Below, piece by piece: positions 28,821-39,210 of a stretch of 64,000 nucleotides of DNA. Position 1 is the first letter of the stretch; each line of letters starts with the position of its first letter. The stretch spans positions 64,001-128,000 of the forward strand of contig CALIBN010000002.1 in the NCBI GenBank assembly GCA_938045545.1. Direction: 5' to 3'. The notes under the pieces are model-generated. The model had not been told where the DNA came from and did no database searches. It was given only the letters and a program-made list of their open reading frames with translations. Origin of the DNA: an uncultured archaeon (lineage in GTDB: Archaea; Thermoproteota; EX4484-205; JAAOZP01). The position numbers and the translations under genes were made by a program.

Positions 28821-29720
28821 ATGAAACCGGACCCATTATGCATCCCATGCACCGTAAATGCTGCCCTAGACATAGCCCTTAAAGCGACTAATGACCAAGA
28901 TACTATTAAGAAGATACTTTTAGAGAGCTTAAGATGGATTCCTAGGGCCTTTGAGGAGGATGCTTCACCGAACGTCCTCCACTCGCAAGTATGCAGGATT
29001 ACTGGAAAAATAGCCGGAGTGAGAGACCCTTTTAAGCATGTGAAGACCGCTTCGAATGAAATTGCCTTAAAGGTTTATCCAAGCCTATGTGAAATGCTCG
29101 AATCGATCAGGGATGATGTCAAAGCACTGAGGTTTTGTCTCAAGGCATCCATAATCGGGAATATGATGGATTTCGAGGTGAGGGATTATCGCTTCGACCT
29201 CGAAAGCCTAGAATCGCGGTTCAAAGACTATTTGAAAGAACCTTTGGTGATCGACGATGTGGATAAGCTGTGCGGAGCACTCAGCGGGGGAAAGAAGATC
29301 CTTTACCTAGCTGACAATGCTGGTGAAATAGTCTTCGATAAGCTCGTTGCAAAATGCCTCAAGGAGAGATGGCGTTGTAGGGTTACGATGGTCGTAAAGG
29401 AGGGACCTGTCCTTAACGACGCTACACTAGAGGATGCTAAACAAGTCGGTCTAGACGAGGTTTGTGATGAAGTTATAACAACGGGAGACGATACTATAGG
29501 TATCGTGATGGATAGGGTCTCTGAAGGCTTCAGAAGGGCTTTGAAAGAAACGGACATGATAATATCTAAAGGACAGGGGAACTTTGAATCCTTAACCGGA
29601 TTCGAGAAAAATATTGGAAGATCTGTATGTTACGTTCTTAGGGCAAAATGCAAAGTAGTTGCCAAACAGTTTGGCGTTCCATCAGGTTCGAACATAGTTG
29701 AATTTATACAAGTTTTTTAA
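28821..29720 (+). CDS. DUF89 / ARMT1-like damage-control phosphatase
   Basis: CIPC, GNMMDF, ADNAGEIVFD, LNDAT, KGQGNFE. Confidence 0.92.
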   Translation: MKPDPLCIPCTVNAALDIALKATNDQDTIKKILLESLRWIPRAFEEDASPNVLHSQVCRITGKIAGVRDPFKHVKTASNEIALKVYPSLCEMLESIRDDVKALRFCLKASIIGNMMDFEVRDYRFDLESLESRFKDYLKEPLVIDDVDKLCGALSGGKKILYLADNAGEIVFDKLVAKCLKERWRCRVTMVVKEGPVLNDATLEDAKQVGLDEVCDEVITTGDDTIGIVMDRVSEGFRRALKETDMIISKGQGNFESLTGFEKNIGRSVCYVLRAKCKVVAKQFGVPSGSNIVEFIQVF

Positions 29721-29908
29721 CTTAAATACTCATCGTCAACGACTTATTTATCGTTCAAAACCTCCCTCCCGACGAATATTTCAACTGTCAAGAGTTCGGC
29801 TCTGTAGGAATGTAAATCCTGACTTTACTGAGGCCCATATGGTTAGTGCCATAGTAGGAGGCTACGAGGAAAAAAAGCTTATTTGCTCTATGCGGGGATG
29901 AACAGTTT

Positions 29909-30586
29909 ATGGTGGATGTTGAAAGAAAAGTTACATATTTCGAATATTGTGGAGAGGTGAACACTGAAAAAGTTCTTTGTCTGGTTAAACTGCATTGTGA
30001 TAAGTCTAATCTTGATAAGGTTATAATCGCTTCTGAAACCGGTAGAAGTGCAATAAGAGCTCTTGAGATACTTGGGGGAACAAATGTTAAAATTATTGTT
30101 GTAACCCATTATCCAGCTGAGACCTGGGGGCCGAAGGGAAATATTCCTATCGGGTTAAAACGGAAGGAATATTCAAAAAATCTTAAAAAGCTTGAAGAGC
30201 ATGGATGTAGAATTGTTCAGGGAACCAGACCCTTCGCTCCACCTTCACGTTCCATATACTGGGAGCATCCCACTCCCGAAGGCATCATCGACATGGTTCT
30301 TGAAATTTTCGGAGCTGGCACAAAAATAGCCATAGAAGCTGCGATAATGGCTACAGACGCAGGAGAAGTAGATGAAGGTGAAGAAGTCGTATCATGCGCT
30401 GGAACGTATAAAGGCTTAGATACAGCCCTTGTAGTAAAAACAGCCTATAGCATGAACTTCTTCAAGAATTTTGAAGTTAAAGAAACAATAGCCAAGCCAC
30501 TATACCGCGTAAAGGAACTCCCAGAATACAGATATGAAAAATGGAAAGGCGACATAGACAGTTATTATAGACAATTAGGGTATTAA
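29909..30586 (+). CDS. COG1751 pyruvate kinase C-terminal (alpha/beta) domain-like protein
   Basis: NTEKVL, IASETGRSA, VVTH, FGAGTKIAIE, MATDAG, GLDTALV. Confidence 0.85.
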   Translation: MVDVERKVTYFEYCGEVNTEKVLCLVKLHCDKSNLDKVIIASETGRSAIRALEILGGTNVKIIVVTHYPAETWGPKGNIPIGLKRKEYSKNLKKLEEHGCRIVQGTRPFAPPSRSIYWEHPTPEGIIDMVLEIFGAGTKIAIEAAIMATDAGEVDEGEEVVSCAGTYKGLDTALVVKTAYSMNFFKNFEVKETIAKPLYRVKELPEYRYEKWKGDIDSYYRQLGY

Positions 30587-30890
30587 TTGAGTTATGCTAA
30601 GATACACAACAGCAAGATTTAAAGAAGGCTAAAGAGTCATAATAAGTAGAACGTGTTCCTTTAGTCATCGTTAACTTACCCTTAACAGCATTTCGCCTTG
30701 CATCAATTTCGGGGCTCTCACCGGGCTTGAAAAGAATATTGGCAAGCCTGTTTACTATGTTCTGAGATTCAAATAGGAAGTCGTTGGTAGAAGTCTCGGG
30801 GGTCCCAAAGGATTCTAACATGCTTAAGCTTATAGGGTTCCACAAGTTTCAAAAACTTTATTAGGCTTCCCTTAAACTACTACCTTACCT

Positions 30891-31751
30891 ATGAAGAAGG
30901 GGATAAATCTTTGGAGCATCGATTGGCCCGGCATTCTGAAGGAACTGGACAACAAGGAGGTTGCCAGGAGGATTAAGGAGATCGGTTATGAGGGGGTTGA
31001 GCTCATCTTCGACGACAGCAGTTTTGATCCAACTAGGAAGACTGAGGACGAGATACGTAGAACGGCCGAGGACTTCAAGTCGGCGAACCTCGAAATACCT
31101 AGCGTGGCGACGGGGGTCTTCTGGAATTACAACCTAGGCTCGAACGACGAGAAAATCAGGAACAAGGCCATCGAGTACGGCAAGGCCGGCATCAAAATGG
31201 CCAGCATTGTAGGAGCTTCATCGATCCTCGTCGTCCCCGGCGTCGCCTCCCCGGAAATACCTTATGAAGACCTCTACGCCAATGCTCTAAAATCGGTGAA
31301 GGAGCTCGCGGAGTTCGCGGAGGACTATGGCGTGACGATAGCCGTTGAGAACGTCTGGAACAAGTTCCTATACTCCCCCATGGAGTTTAAGAAGTTCGTC
31401 ACGGATGTTGGAATGAAGAATGTTAAAGTGTATCTTGACATTGCCAACCTCGTGGCGATATCCCATCCTGAGAACTGGATACATAGTTTGGGGAACATGG
31501 TGTCAAACGTGCACGTCAAGGATTTCGACGTCAGCATCGGAAATATTAATGGATTTAGGAGCCTGCTTAAAGGAAACGTGGACTGGAAGAAAATGATCAA
31601 GCTGCTCAAAGCGGCAGGATACGACGACTATCTGATCCTAGAGTGCTTTCCTAGTTTCGACCCCTCGTTGAAGTCCCCAACCGCTCGAGACCTCATGAGG
31701 CATGCTGAGGAAAACTGTAGGGCGCTCGAGGAAATCATGAAAGGATTTTGA
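30891..31751 (+). CDS. sugar phosphate isomerase/epimerase (xylose isomerase-like TIM barrel)
   Basis: GYEGVEL, LVVPG, ENVWNKFLYSP, YLDIAN, HVKDF, LILE. Confidence 0.9.
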   Translation: MKKGINLWSIDWPGILKELDNKEVARRIKEIGYEGVELIFDDSSFDPTRKTEDEIRRTAEDFKSANLEIPSVATGVFWNYNLGSNDEKIRNKAIEYGKAGIKMASIVGASSILVVPGVASPEIPYEDLYANALKSVKELAEFAEDYGVTIAVENVWNKFLYSPMEFKKFVTDVGMKNVKVYLDIANLVAISHPENWIHSLGNMVSNVHVKDFDVSIGNINGFRSLLKGNVDWKKMIKLLKAAGYDDYLILECFPSFDPSLKSPTARDLMRHAEENCRALEEIMKGF

Positions 31752-31754
31752 GTC

Positions 31755-32255
31755 TTGAAAAGAATACAGATAAGGAGGAAGGAGGCAGCTAGGTTTATCG
31801 AAAATGCTAAAAACCAAAAAATCTCTTTTAGACTAAACAAGCCGGAGTCTGCGGAGATAGTTGAGCTGGAAGACGCTAAAATACTTCTTTTAAACCGAAC
31901 CCCTGCCCTAATAATTTTTCCAGACGGAAGGATCATTCCGCATCTTCAAGGTCTTGGAAGAATAACGGTCTGTCCGATAGTGGTTGTTGATAAGGGTGCT
32001 GTCGAATACGTGGTTAAGGGTGCTGACGTGATGATGCCGGGAGTAGTTAAACACAGCAGTTTCAGCAAGGGGGAGCCTGTTGCAGTTGTTTCAGAAGACT
32101 ATGTTGCAATAGCAGCAGGAGTGGCTCTTCATGACTCCGAGAAAATCGTTAAAGAGGGGAAAGGGAAGATCGTTAAAAATCTGCACAAGCCCAACGACAA
32201 GTTTTTCATAGGGCTCTCCAGCTCAGCCCAGTCCAACAGCATTCAGGATGCGTAG
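31755..32255 (+). CDS. PUA-domain RNA-binding protein (Tma20/MCT-1-like)
   Basis: IPHL, VVVDKGAV, GADVMMPGV, GKIVKNLH..ND. Confidence 0.88.
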   Translation: MKRIQIRRKEAARFIENAKNQKISFRLNKPESAEIVELEDAKILLLNRTPALIIFPDGRIIPHLQGLGRITVCPIVVVDKGAVEYVVKGADVMMPGVVKHSSFSKGEPVAVVSEDYVAIAAGVALHDSEKIVKEGKGKIVKNLHKPNDKFFIGLSSSAQSNSIQDA

Positions 32256-32304
32256 CACGTGTTGAAAAACCTTTCATCGTCCGCCAGCGATTGAGAACAG
32301 ACCT

Positions 32305-32691
32305 CTAACCTTTTTCAACAAGTATTTCCTCACCGTCCCTAACCTTTTTGAAGACTTCGAGGTCCCCCTCTATTTTAGCGAAAACGTTGACAGGGCTGTA
32401 TGCAACTATCTTCCCCTTCCTTGACATGGGGGTTGGGCCGAAGAAGATACAGAGGGCTCTTCCAGGAGGCCAGTATGCAACCTCGCCTTTCTCAACTTCT
32501 CTGCGCGAATTCTCCTCAGGCAGGATAACAGGGATTTCGAAGTATATTTCCTCACCCCAAGTGTTTGCAAAACCTTTAAACGGGAGTGCCTTAAGAATGC
32601 CTTCGACAGTTTTGGGGTTTAACTCAGGAAGAAGTATAGCTCTCCTTACACCTATTGACTTGCTTTTGATGATGATCGCTTCTGGCAACAC
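32305..32691 (-). CDS. cyclophilin-like fold protein (DUF369-like)
   Basis: WGEEIYF, GEVAYWPPG, CIFFGPTP, SPVN. Confidence 0.88.
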   Translation of the reverse strand: MLPEAIIIKSKSIGVRRAILLPELNPKTVEGILKALPFKGFANTWGEEIYFEIPVILPEENSRREVEKGEVAYWPPGRALCIFFGPTPMSRKGKIVAYSPVNVFAKIEGDLEVFKKVRDGEEILVEKG

Positions 32692-32726
32692 GATATTGAG
32701 AACTATTAGGTGGTTTAAAAACTTAG

Positions 32727-34736
32727 CTAGACGGGGAACAATGCGTATTTAACCAATATTGTTTCCAAAGTTAGAGCCGTCATTGTAATGTTCTTCATGA
32801 GAATCGTTAAAGAGGGGCCGGCCACATCCTTAAGTGGGTCTCCGAAAGTATCACCCGTCACGACAGCGGATCGCAGGTCCTCATCATTGCTTTCAGACAA
32901 TTCGAAAACCTTCTTAGTGTTGTCAAAAGCCCCGCCTACGAGGATATACTTAATCCCTAGGATGGCGCTTGAACCCAGCAGGCCTATCAGCATCCCGGCT
33001 AAAGCATTAACCCCGAAGAGCAGCCCAAAGCCTAGGAAAACAGCCTCAGCGATTAAAACAGGCAGGACCATCTGCCTCAAAGCGTTCACCGTAGCTATTT
33101 TAACACACTTATCGTAAGCAGGCGTATCCGACCCTGAGAGTATCCCCGGATTCTCTCTAAACTGCTTCCTCACCTCGTCAACCATCACTCGAGTCGTAGA
33201 GTTCACCGCATTCATAATATATGAGGAGAACAGGAACGGTATGGCGATGCCTATTAGAAGACCAGCTGTGTGGAACGGGTTTGTGAGGTCAACTGGTCTT
33301 TTACCAACAACGTAGTAATAGGTCATTAAGGCTATGAAAGCCGTGAAGGTGCCGCTTGCGAGAGCAAACGCTTTCGTGTATGCTTTAGTAGTGTTTCCGA
33401 TGGCGTCGAGAGCATCGAACGCTCCATTATTGCCTTCGCCACACATCTCGTTTATTCCGCCGGCGTTGTCTACTATCGGCCCGAATGCGTCCCAGGCCAT
33501 CACTGTTCCTATGAGTATGTCTGTACCAAGGTTTGCTGCAACCAAGCCGTATACATTACCGGTGACAAGATAGGAGAATATCGCGGATGTCGAGACTAGG
33601 AACACGGGTATTACTGCTCCTCTTAAAGCGTAGGCGAAGCCGCTTATCATGTTTATAGCAGCACCCCTCTTAGCTGACTCATACATGTTTTTAACCGGAG
33701 ATGAGTTTACTCCAGTATAGTGGTTTGATACGACGGCCATAAGCAGGGTCACGATCAAACCGCTGAATCCAGCGTAGAAAAGCGTAACATCCCTCATGAA
33801 AAGGGTTGAGACGAAGTAGAGACCTACTGCCGAGGAAACAGTTGAGACAGCGAGGCTTATCAGAAAACTTTTCGTAGGATTACTGATTTTAAGCGCAACC
33901 ATGATACTTATTATTGTAGAAAGCAGACCCGCCGAGAGGAAGAGCGGTGAGAACAGTAGGACCATTTGCCCATACTTATCCATGAACCCCAGCCCTATTA
34001 TCATGCTGGTAACCATGTCCCCGCTTAAAGTCTCAAAGAGGTCGGCGCCCCTTCCAGCGCAGTCGCCAACATTATCCCCAACCAGGTCGGCGATCACCGC
34101 TGGGTTTCTAGGATCATCCTCAGTAAGCCCGTACTCAAGCTTCCCAACAAGGTCGGCACCTATGTCTGCACTCTTTGTAAATATTCCGCCGCCCATCTGG
34201 ATGAAGATTGCAGTCAGGCTGGCACCCATGGCGTACCCTGTTAGAAACCCCACACCCACCCCAGACGAGTCCTCCCCTAGGAGGGAAACCAGGATTAGTA
34301 CTCCAAGCAGGCTCAGGCTTGCAACCGAAAGGCCAGCCACTGAGCCTCCGCTTAAAGCTGTTTTCAAACCTTTAGAAACGTTTCCGTTTACCGACTCCAT
34401 GGTTCTGACGTTTGCTTTCACAGCCACTTTCATCCCTATGAAACCCGAGGCTAGGGAAAATGCTGCTCCAAGCGTGAACGCGAACGCTGTTTTAACCCCT
34501 AGGAGTATTAGGAGAAGCAGAGTGACTGCAGCATCGAAAACCATTATGACAGAATATTCTGTGCGGAGGAACGCTGAGGCGCCTGACTCTATATAGCCAG
34601 CTATCCTAGCTGCCCGAGTGTTTTTCAACCGGTTTTTAAGAACGTTTATAGCTAAGACTATGATTGCCAGAAGGCTTGCTAACACAGAGCCCGAAACGAT
34701 TATCTCTGCAGCAGACGGAAGCCCTGTTGTAGTCAA
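32727..34736 (-). CDS. hppA: membrane proton-translocating pyrophosphatase, predicted K+-independent
   Basis: GGIFTKSADIGADLVGK, EDDPRNP, DNVGDCAG, DNAGG, GNTTKA (Lys at the K+-dependence position), GDPLKD. Confidence 0.95.
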   Translation of the reverse strand: MTTTGLPSAAEIIVSGSVLASLLAIIVLAINVLKNRLKNTRAARIAGYIESGASAFLRTEYSVIMVFDAAVTLLLLILLGVKTAFAFTLGAAFSLASGFIGMKVAVKANVRTMESVNGNVSKGLKTALSGGSVAGLSVASLSLLGVLILVSLLGEDSSGVGVGFLTGYAMGASLTAIFIQMGGGIFTKSADIGADLVGKLEYGLTEDDPRNPAVIADLVGDNVGDCAGRGADLFETLSGDMVTSMIIGLGFMDKYGQMVLLFSPLFLSAGLLSTIISIMVALKISNPTKSFLISLAVSTVSSAVGLYFVSTLFMRDVTLFYAGFSGLIVTLLMAVVSNHYTGVNSSPVKNMYESAKRGAAINMISGFAYALRGAVIPVFLVSTSAIFSYLVTGNVYGLVAANLGTDILIGTVMAWDAFGPIVDNAGGINEMCGEGNNGAFDALDAIGNTTKAYTKAFALASGTFTAFIALMTYYYVVGKRPVDLTNPFHTAGLLIGIAIPFLFSSYIMNAVNSTTRVMVDEVRKQFRENPGILSGSDTPAYDKCVKIATVNALRQMVLPVLIAEAVFLGFGLLFGVNALAGMLIGLLGSSAILGIKYILVGGAFDNTKKVFELSESNDEDLRSAVVTGDTFGDPLKDVAGPSLTILMKNITMTALTLETILVKYALFPV

Positions 34737-34888
34737 TTCGAGCCACCATCAGTCCACCGTGTTAAGTCTGCCCCTACGCCGGGGCTATTTTTAAACATTA
34801 CGTATGGAGCTCAATGCCTCTAAAACACGTTCCGCTCGATATCCCTAATGAAAGCTTTAATAAAGCTGATTTTTAAACCATATTCGGC

Positions 34889-35398
34889 ATGAGAAGAATC
34901 CTAATGGTTTCTCATTGTATACTCAACCCATACAGCAAGGCGGTGGGATTGTTGCGGGAAGAAAAAGTGAAGGCGGCTAGGAAAATTATCAAAACCCTTC
35001 TAGATGATTTGGAAACCAGCATAATACAGCTCCCTTGTCCTGAACTACTGTATAAAGGTTTAGACAGGAAGCCCGCATCCAGAGAATCCTACGATAAACC
35101 TGAGTTCAGACATATCTGCCGGAGTATTGCTGAACAAGCCGTGGAAATTGCGGCAAAATACAAGCGTAGGGGCGTCGGGATCGTGGCATACCTAGGTGTA
35201 GAGGGAAGCCCGTCCTGCGGCGTTGAATGGACCCATTTCAAAATCGACAAGCCTGAGAAGGGAAGAGGAGTTTTTACTGAAACTCTTTGCGAGACAATGA
35301 GCAAGGCTGGAATCAAGATTAGCCTTCTAGGCTTGCCTGAAAAAGAAAAGTACGGGAGCCTTGAGGAGCTTTTAAGGAAGCTTGAAGCGTTAAGGTGA
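34889..35398 (+). CDS. DUF523 / TudS-related Fe-S protein (CD3072-like)
   Basis: SHCILN, QLPCPE, GSPSCG, GRGVF motifs. Confidence 0.82.
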   Translation: MRRILMVSHCILNPYSKAVGLLREEKVKAARKIIKTLLDDLETSIIQLPCPELLYKGLDRKPASRESYDKPEFRHICRSIAEQAVEIAAKYKRRGVGIVAYLGVEGSPSCGVEWTHFKIDKPEKGRGVFTETLCETMSKAGIKISLLGLPEKEKYGSLEELLRKLEALR

Positions 35399-35453
35399 AA
35401 CAGGTTTAGCTGGGGCAAATCTTTTTTAAACACCCTGGCGTGGTGCTGTAGGC

Positions 35454-36299
35454 ATGGATTACGGATTCGACACGTGGATCTACTCTATACTTGAGGCAGA
35501 GAAGGCTCTTGGAAGGCTTAGCGAAAAGGGAGTAGGGTTTGTTGAACTGTCTTACGAGCACTTATCAAAGATTTTTAAAGACGAAACTGTTGACTTGAAA
35601 GCCTTAGGGAGCATCAAGGAGGCTGCGGACAGTCTCGGCATCAGGATTATTCAAGTCCACGGGCCTTTCGGAGAAATCGATTTGGAGCTTGCTTCAGAAG
35701 ACTCTTCCCAGAGGGAGAGGGCGCTTAGAAAAATCTTCAACTGGATCAAGTATGTTGGCGAGCTAGAATGGGGTGTGCTCGTGCTACATACTGCGAGGAT
35801 AAGGGTTTCAGAGGAACATGATTTCCAGAGGCTTGTCGAGAAGACTAAACTCGCCAATTTAAGGTTTTTCAAAGAGGTTTCCGAATACGCCTCAGAGCAT
35901 GGTGTTAAGATAGCCGTGGAGAACAGGCTTGAATCCTGCTATGGCTCTTTGCCCAAAGATCTCTTAGAATTGGTTAAGGAGACTGGTAGTGAAAGCCTAG
36001 GAATATGCTTTGATACTGGTCACGCTAATGTGAACAGGCTGAGTGTATCCGCAATGGTTGAAATACTTAGAGGGCATCTCATAGCTACTCACATCCATGA
36101 TAACGATGGCCATCATGATCAGCACTTGCCTCCTTTAATGGGAAGTATAGACTGGGATCGAGTGATGAATGCTTTCTCAAGAGCAGGCTATGGGAAGCCT
36201 TTGATCCTGGAGATCCACGAGCATGGTAGACTGGATCTGGATGACAATGTAGTCAGAGCAACCAGAACCCTGATGAACAGCCTACTTGGAAAAGGCTAA
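35454..36299 (+). CDS. sugar phosphate isomerase/epimerase family TIM barrel
   Basis: QVHGPF, AVEN, FDTGHAN, HIHDNDG..DQHLPP..G.IDW, ILE. Confidence 0.9.
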   Translation: MDYGFDTWIYSILEAEKALGRLSEKGVGFVELSYEHLSKIFKDETVDLKALGSIKEAADSLGIRIIQVHGPFGEIDLELASEDSSQRERALRKIFNWIKYVGELEWGVLVLHTARIRVSEEHDFQRLVEKTKLANLRFFKEVSEYASEHGVKIAVENRLESCYGSLPKDLLELVKETGSESLGICFDTGHANVNRLSVSAMVEILRGHLIATHIHDNDGHHDQHLPPLMGSIDWDRVMNAFSRAGYGKPLILEIHEHGRLDLDDNVVRATRTLMNSLLGKG

Positions 36300-39109
36300 C
36301 CAGTTTCTATTTGGACGAGATGGAGTTCTACTCCTTGAACCGTCATAATTAGGACTCCGACGTTTATCACGTCCTTATCCCCAGCTCTCTCAACCCATAC
36401 GTTGACTGTTTTCAAACCATGCTGCCTGCAGAAGTCAATCAGCTTAGCCAGCGTAGTGTTGGCTGTGCTCTGAAACTCTTCAGCCTTAACGTAACCAATC
36501 CTGTATACGACGTTCGCTGAAACGCTGACCGGCTCAGCCACATGTAGCCCGTTCGCAACGAGGAACGCCTTAACCTGTTGAAGGTAGTCCGGTTTCACCG
36601 TAATGTTTACGAGGAGTGTCGAAACATATGCTACCAAGGTTGATCTTGAAACCTCCACCCAGTCGTCCACGTTCCCAACCTGGTAGATACCTATCCTACT
36701 GGTTTGAGGATTATAAACCACAACCATGGTGACATAGGCCACTTGAGCGCTTATCGAGTAAAACGGGAGTATGAATACCGGTGTGTTGTTAACAAGCTGT
36801 ACCATGAGGTTGCCCTCAACCCATGAGACTCCGTGCGTCTGGTGTAGAGTCAATATTTGTTGAACAGTAGGATGGTGAAGAATACTATCCATTATCGCGC
36901 TGAGCCTTGGAACCCTGCTTTGAAACAGGATGAATTCCTTACTGTCAGGAGTGAAAACATACGTGCCGACAATGTTCACAGAAGCCCCGGGGTTCTGCTG
37001 ATAATTCTCAACTATGCACAGGGCCACGTATCTTCCTTCCAACGAGACATATCTTATGTCGAAAACGCTTTGCGAATATATGTTTCCACTGGAGTCTCGA
37101 GGGTAGTCCAGCATGCCTGTACTCCTATACCAGGAGTCGTAATCCGAGCTTGAAATTCTGTAAGTATTATAGATGTCAATTATGGTCCACATAAGGTTTT
37201 TAATATATCTTAGCTGTGGCTTAAGCCAAGACGGTATTGGCCTAACCCATGAAGGATATAGGGATTTAAGCGCGTTGATAACATAGTTGTCACTATCCAA
37301 GGATTCTTCAAACATGTAGCCTTGAATACTGCCGTCTGCAACGTTCACCAAGATTATGGAGAAAAGCCTTCTTAAGCAGCCTCCGTTTTCAACACCATAC
37401 TTCTCCGTGGCAGCATACTCAGTGTAAACAGGCTTCTCAACGAAGGTTGAAAAAGCAAGGTAAAGATTCCCATCCGGGTCTACAACCGGGTATGGTGCTG
37501 GCACACCCGTCCTAGGGTCGGTTTCAACGACTAGAAGTGGCACTTTTATCGCTGAAACCCTTTCATAAGCGTCTCTAGTGATCAAAGCGTTCAACGTATC
37601 CCCGTAGCCTCCTGAGGCTACGTCGAGCCTTCCTTTAAGAAGGAAGTAGGCTGCGCGAACCCATCCTGAGAAAACATAGTCCGGCGAGCCGGTGTAGTTC
37701 ACAGTCCCAGCTTCCCTCCATTTGCCCGTGTTGACGAACACTATTTCCCTTTCTCTGAAAAGCCCTCCTAAACCATAGTATACAGGGGGAGCATTAATCA
37801 TCCCGAGGGCCTGGCTTAACGGAACAGTCCTCCCGGTTGTAGCGTCGAAAGCCAGGATAGCCTCGCTGTGAGTATATATGAATGATTCAGCAGTCTCAAC
37901 ATCGGTTGCCTCCACCATCACGGGGGCTGTGAAAACAACCCAGTATAAACGGCCATCTTTAAAATAAATCATTGAGGGCTCGCTTCCAGTAATCCATGGT
38001 ATTCCTCTTCTTGAAAGCTCGTAGCGGGTTCTTGAAGATATGAAATCATGGCTAGTCAGCCTGACCTTCTCAAGGTCGCTGAGGCTCCCCGGGGATTGTG
38101 TTGTTTCAGAAACCTCGTTTAAACCGTTGAGAAGCTTTACGAGCTCTATGTGCGGCTTAATTCTTGAGTTGAACTCATAGGAAACCTTGTTAGCATCCCA
38201 TCCTCCTAGAGTCCTGTAGTATGCTTGCGGCAGTGCATACCCGAGCATGGCTATTACGACCGCTAGGACAAGCAGAATATTCTTCACCATAGCTGGCTTC
38301 TTAAAAGGCACTGTTTCCAGGAGGATTTGGAGAATCACTAAGATGACGGATATGGTTAGTGCAAGCCTGAATATTGGGCTCGTCACATCGTAAGTCAAGG
38401 AAGGATACCAGAACAGGAATAACCCTATGAAGACAGCTGAGACTATGAACCGGAGGAGGGAGAAGACTGTTCTCGTAAAATCTAACACTATTAAGTCGCC
38501 CTGAGGCCATGCCGCAGCCTTTTTCATCAGAATGAATATGCGCTGGAAACTATTTACAGCCAGGCTTATGAAAACTATGGCCGTGGAAAACACGTAAAGC
38601 ATTTTCATAAGCTGGATGAAGTCGAAAACCGGCATCATACCGTAGAGCTCCTCGCCGGAGAAAGAAAAGGGCCCAAAGTATATTTTCCCAAGCCAGCCGA
38701 GATAGGATTGTAGAAAACTGCCTGCCTTATTCAGCAGAAGGATTTGAACAGCTATTTGCGAGCCTACGGCTGAGAAGAATACGAATGCTAACAGAATACT
38801 TGGAAACAGTATTAAAGCCGCAGTCTTAAACCTTCTTTTTAAGACTGAGTGCCAGAGGAACGGGTTTAACACGGCGATCCCTATCAGGACTCCGAACGCA
38901 GTGAAAAGACTGCCGTTTAAAAACATGATGTCGAGATAGCTCACCCCCGATTTTACACTATACATACTGTCGTAAACACTCATCGTGAAGAGCCATGCGG
39001 AGAAGCCAAGGTAGACTAGAAAAACAGCTAGCACTATCCCGGCAGCCTTCTTCAAAAGACTACGGTAATCCCTACCGCCTGAAACCTTTATTTCACCCAT
39101 CACGTTCAT
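36296..39109 (-). CDS. UPF0182 (COG1615)-like large membrane protein
   Basis: Multi-TM N-terminus followed by a soluble domain with YTH, PVYYG, PYPVVD, VNVADGS..GY, LRY and GNLMV motifs. Confidence 0.72.
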   Translation of the reverse strand: MNVMGEIKVSGGRDYRSLLKKAAGIVLAVFLVYLGFSAWLFTMSVYDSMYSVKSGVSYLDIMFLNGSLFTAFGVLIGIAVLNPFLWHSVLKRRFKTAALILFPSILLAFVFFSAVGSQIAVQILLLNKAGSFLQSYLGWLGKIYFGPFSFSGEELYGMMPVFDFIQLMKMLYVFSTAIVFISLAVNSFQRIFILMKKAAAWPQGDLIVLDFTRTVFSLLRFIVSAVFIGLFLFWYPSLTYDVTSPIFRLALTISVILVILQILLETVPFKKPAMVKNILLVLAVVIAMLGYALPQAYYRTLGGWDANKVSYEFNSRIKPHIELVKLLNGLNEVSETTQSPGSLSDLEKVRLTSHDFISSRTRYELSRRGIPWITGSEPSMIYFKDGRLYWVVFTAPVMVEATDVETAESFIYTHSEAILAFDATTGRTVPLSQALGMINAPPVYYGLGGLFREREIVFVNTGKWREAGTVNYTGSPDYVFSGWVRAAYFLLKGRLDVASGGYGDTLNALITRDAYERVSAIKVPLLVVETDPRTGVPAPYPVVDPDGNLYLAFSTFVEKPVYTEYAATEKYGVENGGCLRRLFSIILVNVADGSIQGYMFEESLDSDNYVINALKSLYPSWVRPIPSWLKPQLRYIKNLMWTIIDIYNTYRISSSDYDSWYRSTGMLDYPRDSSGNIYSQSVFDIRYVSLEGRYVALCIVENYQQNPGASVNIVGTYVFTPDSKEFILFQSRVPRLSAIMDSILHHPTVQQILTLHQTHGVSWVEGNLMVQLVNNTPVFILPFYSISAQVAYVTMVVVYNPQTSRIGIYQVGNVDDWVEVSRSTLVAYVSTLLVNITVKPDYLQQVKAFLVANGLHVAEPVSVSANVVYRIGYVKAEEFQSTANTTLAKLIDFCRQHGLKTVNVWVERAGDKDVINVGVLIMTVQGVELHLVQIETG

Positions 39110-39210
39110 CCCATCCAGAAAGCTTTTAAGCTTATCTTAGGGAAACTGTTTTGCGGAAGCACCTAAGGTTTTTAACCCTCCAACACGACAATGACGCAGA
39201 CTTGAGCAGG

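Noticed and set aside
30597-30845. 82-aa minus-strand ORF
   Set aside because: No recognisable motifs; at best a degraded fragment.
32215-32285. ACGATGA plus two CTGA on the minus strand
   Set aside because: C-to-D' spacing of 27 nt is too long, and it overlaps the end of the PUA gene.
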